From Camelus dromedarius (lineage: Eukaryota), in contig NC_087436.1 of NCBI RefSeq assembly GCF_036321535.1, positions 109,618,001-109,682,000 on the forward strand: a DNA stretch of 64,000 nucleotides. Reading direction: 5' to 3'. The notes beneath the pieces are model-generated. The model was not told the origin of the DNA, ran no database searches, and saw only the letters and a program-made list of their open reading frames with translations. The first letter of the stretch is position 1. Each line of letters starts with the position of its first letter. Below are positions 52,727-64,000 of the stretch, in pieces. Both the position numbers and the translations under genes were made by a program.

Positions 52727-54999
52727 GTACTATTTGATTGATATTCCTTAGTTCTTCCACAACCCATGATTAAGCTAAGAAAACAGCCTCAGTGTTAGCG
52801 ATTCAGCAAATGATTAAATGCCTACTATGGGCAAGCCCCTGGGACAGCAGCTAAAAGGGATAAAAAGAACAGTGAAAACTCAGTCCGTGCTTATGGGCTA
52901 TAGTTTGAAAGAATCATACTTAAAATTTCTAAAAAGAAACCATGTCAGGTACTAGCAAATGGATTTCTTGAAGGAAATAAGCCATGCATTTGAACTGGAA
53001 AACATTGTTAGATGTATTGCTGTTTCTTTATGTGACCCCTTTGACACCTTAACAATAATGCTGCTGTTAGAAATTGTACAGTTATTGTTAGTAGAATACA
53101 CTGAGAAATGAAAGCAGTTGACATCCTCATAGTCAGTAAAACATATCACTGCATGTCCCACAATTTTATGCAGAGCTGAATCTGTTTTTCAGCCCAAATG
53201 TATATAAGTATAGTATTTATTTTACACTTTTGGATATGTATATAATACATAACATTGACTGTGGTGAGCTGAATTGCCACTGAAAAACACTTGCCTAACA
53301 ATAATCTGTGTTCTTTTTGTTTGAAAGTATTTTTGTAGATTTTTTCCCCCTAAGTTCCATTTAATTACAATAGTTTTAATATTGTGAACCCTGAATTCTT
53401 CGGGCTATGATCTGCACATTTTCTTCTATTTTGTAGACAGACAGGTTTTACAAGTACTTTTGTAAATTATCTTCTGATCTTATCCATGGAGCAAGGTAAT
53501 TATCACTCCACTGTGGTGTTGTCTTTACCCAAAATTAATATTGTATTTGAAGATAACACATGTGGCTAATAAATTATAATATATCATATTGTGACTCTTG
53601 GGACAATTTTTGATAAATTCTACTAGTAATGATAGAAATCGTTCATGTAGACAATCCATGCATCAGAATACAACTACAACCTTTATATTTATTGACCAAT
53701 AAATTTAAGACTGGAGGTAATGTAGGAAGGAATAATGAGGGTAGCAAAGCTTTATAAGTTTATAAAAATTTAGTAGTAGAAATGAAAGTAGGGAATAAAA
53801 ATCATTAGTGTGGTACTCAGACCAATCAAGGAGTGATGGATTTTCTCTAATGAAGCATCTAGTCTGTATCTCACTGTTAAGAATAATGGATGTCAGAAAC
53901 GGGAAAATCTAGCAGCTAAGAATGGAAAAGATGAGCTGGAAAAAAATACCTGGCCATGTGGGTTGTTCATTTTTTATCTGTGAGAGTGAACAAAGCTATG
54001 GAAATTGGAGGGTCCATGTACATGGGATTAATGTAGGCTTTCTGGATCAGTATTCTACCAGGGTGATTTGACCTGCTGTGTGTTTGGGGGGGTGGTTAAC
54101 AAGCTCCTGACAAGTTCTAGATGATCCATCTGCTTGGAAGACGGTCCCACAACAAGGTAGGGGTACAGGGAATTGAGTTTTTTTTTTTTTTTTCAAGTAA
54201 ATGAGGATTTGTAAAAACTCATCCTTGAGTTAATGTTACTCTAATAGTTTGAGATTCAAAACGGAGACTATATTTCATGGATAATATTATATTTGTTATA
54301 ACATAAAAATCTATAACATTTTTAGGTGTTGAGTCCATCCTAAACCAGTAAACTCTTAGAAAAGTACACTTTTATTGCTCACAGGAATCTCAAATTACTA
54401 AAAATAGCTGTGTGGGTTGTATTACTATGAAACAGAGCTATCTAGTGATAATCTGTGTTCCTTTTGCTTGAAAATGTTCTGCTCTTGCCATTTTCTTAGT
54501 TGATACCCTAAAGGCATATTGCTTAATCAATCATTCATTCACTCATTCATTTACCAATATTTTCTATATGCCCAGCAGGCAGCAGGGATAGAATTATGAG
54601 CAAAGTAAAGTATTATTAATGTCTGATACCAGGTTGCCTAAAAGTGTCTGAGGGAAGGAGAAAATACACACCTTCTAAGTGGAGGATAAAGATCTTGTTG
54701 CAGGTCTGCTTCTCCCATTGATTTGGAAATGTCTCTGTTGCTCATAATGTGTTATGGTGATCGTAGTAGGACTAACCCAAAAAAGGATTACTCGGTGTTG
54801 CAGCGGGAGAGAGGAGCTCGTGACATACACGAGTCTCTGTAATTAGGTATACAGCTCCTTCCAGCTGTTCTCGGTCATGGGTAATCGCTTCATTGTCTAT
54901 TCTGTGATGTTAAGAAGCATTGCAAGGACCTGAGAGAAACCAGTACTACTAGGGCAAGTCTGATATGATAATATTTCTCTCCTTCCTTTAATTCTAATA

Positions 55000-55090
55000 T
55001 AGCCAGATCTAGCAAATGAGAATAGAGGATGCCCAGTTAAATGTAAATTTTAGATAAACAATGAATGAATGAACATCTTGGGGCAACCCT
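55000..55090. mobile_element. hAT MITE (MER53-like), internally deleted
   Basis: gccagatctagcaaat...aggatgcccagttaaatgtaaattttagataaacaatgaa...ggcaaccct. Confidence 0.65.
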
Positions 55091-56659
55091 GCCTCCTCCA
55101 TGAAGCTCACTCCTTCTGTCTATACCACAGAACCCTTAGGCAACATGCAGAATAGTGCCTTTCAACTGGGGATATGATATTCTCCATCAGTAGCAGTGTT
55201 TACTCTGACAGTGATTCTCCACCCAGGCAGTGGGCATACCCTTCAGGAAGAAAGTGTTCTACTCCAAATGTGAGCAAGAGGGAAGTTTTGAAAAAAAAAT
55301 AAAATCTACCTTTATGTGATTTATGTATGATATATGGTCCTCAAAGGGACATCTAGTGTTCATATTAACACTCTGAAAAGAATCACCATCCTGTGGTAGT
55401 AAGCAGGGCAGAGTTTATTTTCAGCCATTCTTCAGATGGGCACTGTGCTCGGAGCCTCAAAGCAGTAACACTAGCATCATATGGACTTGGGTTACTACTC
55501 GTGGTCCTGCTGCTGCTGACGCTGGTGCTGTTACTACAATTATCAAATGCGCTTTTCTATCTAAGATCCTATTTTAAATTATTTTAACTCAGTAGTTCTT
55601 TAAGCTCTGAATGCCTTATTCTTCTTAGTGCTATTTTATACATGGAAATAAAGATCCAGGGAGATTAAGTAATTTATCCTCCGTCAAATAAATAACCAAC
55701 ATTACAAATGGTATTCGTGATCAGAAGCTACATAATATAACCCCCAAAATAAATATTTTTCCTTCTGTGCCACACTGGAGTTAGCTTAGCTTTTCCCTTT
55801 TACAACTTTGAAAAGAGATCACCAGATTATGGAAAAAGGAGTCGGTACCACATCTCCATGTTTGCAAAATTCTTCAAGGCACAGATGAGAAATTGGCCCG
55901 TTCACATCTGTTAATACAAGTTTGAAAGTTAGAAAGTTAACTAAGAGCACGTACTATATCTGCTCACTTTTAAAGATGCTGTCTCCTCAAGGAAGCAAGG
56001 TTAGAATTCTCCACATAGGGAGGCACGTACCAAATCACGATGGAGATTTGTCTCATTGTCACAGGTAATACATTAACTGCTGCAGAAAACGAAAGCAAGT
56101 TAAAACCGTATTGTTGTCTCTTAATATCTTAATTATGTATGAGATAATGGGCTTATTTAAGCATTATCTAGTAAATTACCTTATAACAAATCAGGAGAAT
56201 GCAATACATTAAACAAAATGGACTATTACAAATATCTAAATTAAATGGTATCTTTCTGTATTTTTATTACAATCCAGTTGGAGGGGCAGAACATGAAATG
56301 CTAAATAATAATAACTGATAAAAATAACAGTTCTGAAAAGTAATATAGGAGATTTTACAAAGCAGAACTGGCAGCCGTACATTCAAAATGGGGCGAACTG
56401 TGGCACCAGATAGGCTGGATGTGATTCCTAAGCTTTCTTTTTCATGGGAATTGTCTAGAATACTACCTTGTTTAATTCTCTGCATAGTAACTGTAACAAT
56501 CTGATTTTTAACAAAATTAATTTCTGTACAAATTTCTGCTAATGTAGAAGCTCCATGGGAATATGTCTGTGTTTTTCACCGTGGTATCTCTGGGACCTGG
56601 AATAGTTCATAGCACACAGCAGTGAAAGAGTGAATGAATAAGCAGATCAGTACATTTCT

Positions 56660-56830
56660 TATTCATTAGCTATGGCAGTCTTGGGCTTTTCGAGACCCTC
56701 AGTTTTTTCATTTGTAAAATGATATTACATAATTTCAAAGAATTCTCATGATTGTTAAGTATAAAATAAGTAAATCATACTGCACAGTGACAGTAGGCAC
56801 ATACAGGTTCAGTAAATGGTAGCTATTAAG
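56660..56830 (+). mobile_element. MIR SINE
   Basis: cctcagttttttcatttgtaaaatg...ggcacatacaggttcagtaaatggtagctatta. Confidence 0.7.
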
Positions 56831-59800
56831 TAAATGGGGGTACTCTCCCCTTCTCCATAAGATGATTTTATACCCTCTCCTTACTGTTGGGTTAGGTGCC
56901 CTTATTGTATCTGATGCAACATGAGATGATCTGTCACGTGTCATGTCTGAACAGAAACTCGGTGTCTCTCACTCTTCCCTCTGCCATGAGAATGTGTCTG
57001 TTTCAGGTAAAAGCCGGGACCCCAGAATGAAGATGTGCAGAACAGACCCCAACTCAACTGCCAGCTTGAAGCGGAGAGTCTGAGATGATCTGCCAAATGT
57101 GGAATATGAGTAACAAAGATTTGTTGTTGATTGTCATGCAGGACCAGCTATTGAACATTGATCATTAAAACATTCTGTGGAATCACAGAAGATGAGTAGC
57201 CCACCTTGGGATAAACTGGTTGACAAAGACAGGTTTGAGCTGACAAAGGAAAGGGAGTAACGCATTGCCATTATGAAAAACAAGGCATGAAGATTGCCCC
57301 CCCCTTCAGCATATTAGTATCTAGTCTAGTTTTACTGTCGTTAGTCTTACTTCCGTCTTCCCACTACCCTTCCACCTAATTAAGCCCATTCACCATGTGT
57401 CCCATAAATGGTCACATCACTATTGGTAACGCCAAGCACAGTGTGAACCCTGGTCCTTTCTGTTCTGTTCTAGACTTTACATTTCTGCTATACTGAATTA
57501 GTTGATTCAGTTCCTTGAAACTATCAGTTTTCTGCTGATAGTTTCGCACAAGGCTTTTCCTTTATGTCCTTCTTCTCAAAAGCACTATATTCCCAGCTTT
57601 CATCAGTGAGGTCCTCCTCAGTCTTCACAGTCCAGCTCCAATGTCAGTCACTCTCTATCATCACATGATATCTTTTAGGACAGGGCCATAATTTAATCAC
57701 CTATACTATCCTTGGTAATTAATACAAGACACAGCATTTAATATATGTCTGATAAATGCATGTTGAAATGAGTTAGACTGACAGGTCACTTCAAAGATTT
57801 TTTTAAAACCTAGAAAAAAGCATTCTGGATAAAATTCAGCCTGTTCTGCATGTGAGTTTTCATCATTATATTCTGATGAATTAGGTTGGAGACAGCTTTT
57901 TGAATAGAGAAAGAGGAAGTTGGAAGAATTCTTAAACCTAGAAAGTGACCTTTTCCCCAGTCACTTTGCTAGCATAGTTTCAACACTAGGCAACAAAAGT
58001 TGTTTGGTCTTCGAGTCTCGAGTTGATATTTTAATGTTTAATGACTTAAGGTCAGGATTATATCAAGAGCTCAGCAGTTTTATCCAGAGAGAGATAGGAG
58101 AGAGAGAGAAAGGCAATCTAGCTTTGAAAAAATGATCCCAGTTTCCTTATTTGAAAATGGTAGTGATAACTTTTTCTATATCTGTCACATAGGGCTGGTT
58201 GGTAGGCACTCATGAGAAATTGTGGTGTAATTTATTATATGTATTATTAGAATAAATGGACATCATCTTTTTTTTTTTTTAAATGTATTTCCAAAGCAGA
58301 CATGAGCAGGCACAGGACACAAGATAAATGACAGAAGGCTACCCATGCACCAGAAATAAGCCTGAGAGAGGTGGGAGTCACCTTGGTAATTTCCCTAACA
58401 TTACAATTTACCGTCATGACCAACAACAGTTAAGAAGGCTTGAAGAAGCAAACAGAGAACAGTGAAGTTTACATTCAAAAACAAAACGAAAGGTGGAGAG
58501 AAGAAAGAAATCCCTGAAATGTGTGGGACAAGGAAAAAAAAAACCCAACAAAAATCAGAACTTTATCTTTCAGGCACTGTGGATTTTTATTGTGAAGGGT
58601 CTTTCCAACTGGGTCTACAGATGGTTACTCTGTAAGATTCCCTTTCCTCACTTTTGTCCAAAACGTATGGTTTCTTCATATAGACTTTAGAAAACATATT
58701 AATCTTCTCTTGTGTGTCCTCAGTAGGAGAAATGCATTTAATTTTAAAGCCAACAAAATCATGTGACAAAGAAGACCTACTTGGCTGCCACAAAGAAATT
58801 AAATGTTGAATAGGGTCATTAATAATTGATAAGCTCTATGCAGATAGAACTTATTGCCTAATTATACAAAATGACTTCTACCTTGGTGTAGGACCAACAA
58901 ATTGCTCCTCATGGGTCTCTTTGACTTCTTCCTACCTACGTCCTTAATGTATAAAGTACCCCTTATTTCTGACAAATGCTATGCCATTTATTGGTCTTAA
59001 TAAAGGCCAGGCTGGTGGTCAACTGGTAAAATATTATGCAGAAAAAAAAAATTGATAAAGTGTTGCTTAGATTATCTCTTGCTTAAACCCTTTTCTTAAT
59101 CACAAATTTATAGATTGAGATGAATCTTAAACTGGAGGGAAGGATCTTGAAATTGGTAAATCCAAACATGAAGACAATTGTGTTGGTTATGCTTTTAGTC
59201 ACATTTTCCCCTAACTCTTACCCTATGACACATGGTTACGGTGGTTACAATGAAAAGATTCTCAACTCACATATATTTTCAAGGAAATTTATAGAGCTAT
59301 ATAGCACAGAGGCAAAAATCCTTGAAACTGCCCTACTCCCCAAAAATAGCCTTTGTGAAATAAAAGGAGCTAGTAATGCACCATACTTCCACTGCTTCGA
59401 GGGAGACGTGGTCTGATAAGTGTGCTGTGATCAGATGGTCAATAAATACTTTGGGCAGTGAAAGAAGAAATAAAATCTGCACAAGGAAAGAAAAACCAAG
59501 AATTGAAATGTTCCCAGGAATTACAGCTGGGCTATAATAGCGTCTATAGGATTAGTCCACACAAGTCATTTTGTAAGTCTCTCGTGGCAGACACAGAATG
59601 ATACGGGAACACGGCGATGTACAGAATGTTTCTATTACATTCCATAAATTTGCATTAGAGGTTCAGCGTAACATAAATAATGCATGATAAATTCTATCAA
59701 AAGAATTTCTGGTGGGGGTGAGTGCACACAGGAAACTGCCTCACAGGCCATATTTTAACAGGCTTGGGTAATGGCCTGGCCGGCCACATTCATGCCCATA

Positions 59801-59954
59801 GAAACTTTGAGGTTTGCAATTTGTCAAAGGTTAATGGAGAAGCAGGAAAAGTGAGTTTGGTTTAAACTTTAAGCTGGTTTCCTATGTAAGGATACAAAAC
59901 ACTAGCCTAGTGCTCCTGGTGCTCCCATCTCTCCCTATAAAAAAGGAACTGCAT

Positions 59955-60270
59955 GCTATCACTTATCTGTGGGACCTAAAAAAGCCAAGCTTGTAAAAGA
60001 CAGAGTAAAACGGTGGTTTTCAGGGGTAGGGGGGAAGGATAAGATTCATGGTGTTTAAGGGAACAAACTTGTGACAAATAGTAAATGAGCCGTAGAGATC
60101 TAATGCGAGGTATGCTGAACACGGGCAATAATATTGTACTATAATAACTCAATGTGACAAATGTCCCTACAAGGGCAATCGTATTACAATGCATACATGT
60201 ATCAAAGTGATACATTGTATACCTTAAACTTACACAATCTTATATGCCAAATGTATTCAATAAAAATAAT
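59955..60270 (+). mobile_element. L1 3' end (3' UTR and tail)
   Basis: tcacttatctgtgggacctaaaaa...ttgtataccttaaacttacacaat...atgtattcaataaaaataa. Confidence 0.8.
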
Positions 60271-61124
60271 AATATCTAAAAAATTAGCAGAGCATTTCAA
60301 CCCACCCACAGTTAATGCAGTGAACCCTCCAATCCTGTATTCACTTCTCAAATGCTGACTTGATAATGGAGAGAAGGTTTAGCTGGAGGAGAAAAGGCAC
60401 ACCACATGCAAAGTTTAGTGAGTGACAATAAGCTACAAGTTACTGAGAGTTTACTCTGTGCCAGGTCCCATGCTAAGAATTGAATACATTGTCTCATAAT
60501 TATCTACCTCATTTAATCCATACAACAGCCTTAAGAGGTTGACTAAGATAAATGTCTCCAAAGGATTACATGACTGTAGACCTACAGGTGCATTTATAGA
60601 CAGCATCTACACCTGACTCCATGATCTGTTCTCTTTACCACTACAGTATACTGCTTAGTGATGGAAGCAGTGAATTTTGAGGTCAGCTTGAAGAAAACAG
60701 TTATGGAGGAAGCAGACTTACCTGAGCCAGAAAGAAAGGGTAAAGGTCTTGGTGACACTTAGCAGTCAGGGATACTTGAAATGGTGTAAGAAGAAGGAAT
60801 GGCATGAGGATGGGGTGAGCAGTTCAAGGGCCTGGGCCAGGGACACAGAAGAAAGATGTCCAGAACAGCCAGGATGGGGGAAGGTCCTAGTAAACGGCTT
60901 GATTAGCTGTATGAGTTAGGTTGACTGGAGAAAATTGAAGAACAGGAGATATCAGCTCTTACCTACAAGTCATGGTTGCCTGACATCCTTGTTTTTGCAA
61001 ATGGACAAGAACAAAAATCCATGTGAACATCTGTCCCCCAGGTCCAGTCTTTCTCCTTCCCTTATCCATTCCCTCCAGGGGGAAATGTATTATTCCTTGT
61101 CCAGCAATGTTCTGATTAGCCATT

Positions 61125-61598
61125 ATTTTCCCCAGTTAGAGCCATTCTACTCCTTCCTCTGGCTGCTGTGTGCCAGTGCGGGTGCCAGTGGGGTGGGGAG
61201 ATGACCCTCACGGACTGCAACACTCTCTGGCTTCTCGCTGGGTTTCACCAATGGAAAGCACCAGCAGGAGACTGGAGGGCAAGAGGAGAGAGAGGTCAGA
61301 GTATTTCTTTAGTCTTTCCAAGCTTCTTCCTGCTTTAGTCCCACTTCTCTGAAAGTAGACCTGTTTTTCTACAGTTAGAGCTACCACTGGGGACACTCTC
61401 TCTAAGGGTCTGCTTTTCACTGGGCTTCAGACACACGGTTTTCTTTTCTGTTCCTTAAGCCTCAGTGGTGCTAACAAGCTTCCACCTTTTGCTGGTTTTG
61501 GGTGCCTCTCCATCCTGTTTCCTAAACTCTGACTTCACCTCTTTCAAGTCTGTTTGAGCCACTTGGAGTAGATTCTGTTTCCTGCCAGGGTTCTGACA
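61125..61598 (+). mobile_element. Old ERVL LTR (LTR16/LTR33-like)
   Basis: caccagcaggagactggagggcaagaggagagagaggtcagagtattt...ttctgtttcctgccagggttctgaca. Confidence 0.65.
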
Positions 61599-61611
61599 AG
61601 CATTAAGAATA

Positions 61612-61872
61612 AAAGGGGAAGGGAGGGGAGAGGTGGAGGATAAATTGGGAGTTCTACCATATATAAATACTACTATATATAAAATAGATAAACAACAAGG
61701 TCCTACTGTGTAGCACAGGGAACTATAGTTAATATCTTGGAATGGCCTATAATGAAAAAGACTATGAAAAGGAATATATATATGTACATATATATGTATA
61801 ACTGAATCACTACTCTGTACATCAGAAGTTAATACAACATCATAAGCTGACTATATGTCAATTAAAAAAATA
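61612..61872 (+). mobile_element. Artiodactyl-type L1 3' end
   Basis: ggataaattgggagt...tagataaacaacaaggtcctactgtgtagcacagggaactata...aactgaatcact...caattaaaaaaa. Confidence 0.88.
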
Positions 61873-64000
61873 ATAGTAATAAGGTTTCCTGGTGGGACTT
61901 GTCTACCTGCAGGGAGGCCTTTTCCTGGGGTCCCCCATGGTAGGTTGCAGAGGATTAAGCCCCAGTGAGGAGGGGCTGATGGGGTCTAGCTAGGGAGCAC
62001 GAGTGGGGTGGAAGCTCAGTTTGAGGGGTCATTAGTATTATGCGTCCACAGTGGCTTCGCCCACATGGAGGCTTGCGGGGCCCTGCGTGCCCTCTGCTCC
62101 CTTAAGAGGCAACATCTAGCTCTTACCAGGACAGTGGGGACAGCCCCTGTGGCCAGCAGAGACTGGAAGAAGAGGACAACTGGGACATTGCAGACCCCTT
62201 TTGAAACCCGAGGAAGAGACCTGGGGAGTTTGGCAGTGCTGTGCTTTTAATATGTACCCCTTAAATTAATGAAATGGCGAAATCCTTACTAGACTGAAAA
62301 TAGCAAACTGAGGAATGGAGACTGGCCTGCAGGTGAAGAGAGGCCTGCTGTTAACCAGAAAGGCTGTCCTCAGTGACTTATATGAGAAAGGAAGGAATAT
62401 TATCTCTTCCTAACTTCCCCTTGGGAAAAAAAATACGTGGTTCTGAACTAGCGGGTCACAGGCGGACGGGCCACTGTCTTTTGGGGCATGTGGTCACAAG
62501 CAGGAAAAGAGTGGGGAGAGCAGTGAAGGTATTTGTAACATGAATACACAAAATAAACAAGCTAAAAACGGAACCCCCTCTGTACTTTGCCCTATGTACT
62601 GCCCTCGGGCCCCCTCCTGGCTTCCTGAAGCCGAGTTGTCTACCGCGGAGTGACACCTCAAGGGCAGGGAATCTTCGTGGAAGGAAGAAATCATCAAAAG
62701 CCATCACATCATAAGCATTTTTTTGTGTGTCCCTTATATTTCAGTCTGTCTCAATGAGGGGCCCTCGGACAGGAAAATGATGGGGCTGGCAGAGATGGGA
62801 AGTGTGCTGGTTGTACAGAGGATAAAGTAATACCTGGCAGAGTGTCCCTGTTGTCCCACGATATTCCGTCTAGCGAAGGAGACAGAGAAGAGCCTCCTTC
62901 ATTAGGAGACAGGGTGACTAGTCCGAGGAGAGGGGCTCACGGAGCATCAGAGGGGTCACCCTCCGTTAGGGCCGGTTCAACTGCTTCCTTTTAAAGTGAG
63001 GCGCTGAAGCCCAGGGAACTTAATGGACTCATGTTGGGTCACACGGTTCTTCAGAGGCAATCTTTGACTAAAGCTCAGCTTCTGGGGTGCAGATGGCCCG
63101 GAAGGACAGAGGAATACATAAAGAGGGCAAGAAGAGGCATCTTTTGTTCCTCCTTCTGTGCTTAGAGAGTCAGACTGCTGCGTGGAATCAGAATAGAGGA
63201 TCCTGATTTGCTCAGCTATGTGAATTATGGCAGATGAATACAACCTAATTTTGTGTTTGAAGTGAAATACTTTCAGTTGTTTCAAATTAGCACTATTGTA
63301 TCTGTGCTACCAATAGCCAAGTGAACTATGGAAAACCGAACAGCTTCTACAAAACAAACGCGTATCTGTGCCACAGAAGTAAAACCTCAGACATCATTGC
63401 AAAACACAAAAAATACACATTGTCAACTGCGTGTGAGCCAAGGCAGTCGCTTCTAGAGCGGCTCAGTTTTCAGGATGTATTTTAAAATATTTACAGCGGA
63501 TGCTTCCTATTCATCAGCCATTTAATGAAATAGGAGCATTAATAAAATCAGTTTTCACCTGTGATAGAGACTTAAAACACTGTCACTAATGACAGGTATA
63601 CAACTGTTTTGCTGGATACGTGCCAGCCCAAGGACCTTAAACAATAGTCATTTTTAGAATAACGTCAAACAAGAAAGAAAAGGTTGAACTGTGAAACAGA
63701 TTGAGAACATGAGGAAAGTAGGGTCTCCTTTTAAATTTCCTAACCAACTAGAGAATCAGACTGGAAAGAATAAGCATTGATCAGATAACAACAATAAAAA
63801 AAAAAAGGCTAATTCCATCTCCAAAGATAAATAATTGCTTTTTGCTTTCCATAGCTCGAGGGAAGCCTGAAGCCAAGAGTAATTTATAATCTCACTTGCA
63901 ATTACTTTTTTTCCCAACATTTTATGAGCATTATGTCTGTGCTTTCAATCAAGCATGTTCAAGCAATAGCAAATTGGTCTCCAACGTAGCGAATTATTAA

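Noticed and set aside
1..64000. Remaining 60-123 aa ORFs in the track
   Set aside because: They have no recognisable domains, their lengths are as expected by chance, many use non-ATG starts or lie inside repeats, and they form no coherent exon chain.

Overview
This is AT-rich, CpG-depleted mammalian non-coding DNA (intergenic or deep intronic). It is most likely camelid, judging from three tRNA-derived SINEs resembling Vic-1 and artiodactyl-type L1 3' ends. I could not support any host protein-coding gene, RNA gene or prokaryotic-type system. The only recognisable protein is a dead L1 ORF2 C-terminal fragment inside a 5'-truncated, 5'-inverted L1 (13882-14858) with readable target-site duplication (TSD) and junction microhomology. 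The rest is a layered transposon record: four ERV1-type solo LTRs with 4-bp TSDs, ERVL/MaLR LTRs with 5-bp TSDs (two nested in MIRs), a MaLR internal segment with its 3' LTR, and L2, MIR, old L1 and MER fragments. Structure not explained by these elements includes two old local duplications (17.6/18.4 kb and 53.1/54.3 kb), a perfect 13-bp-arm palindrome, short tandem duplications and a CpG-retaining zone near the right end. I found no evidence for a new biological system. Family names come from recognition by eye, and boundaries of old repeats are approximate.
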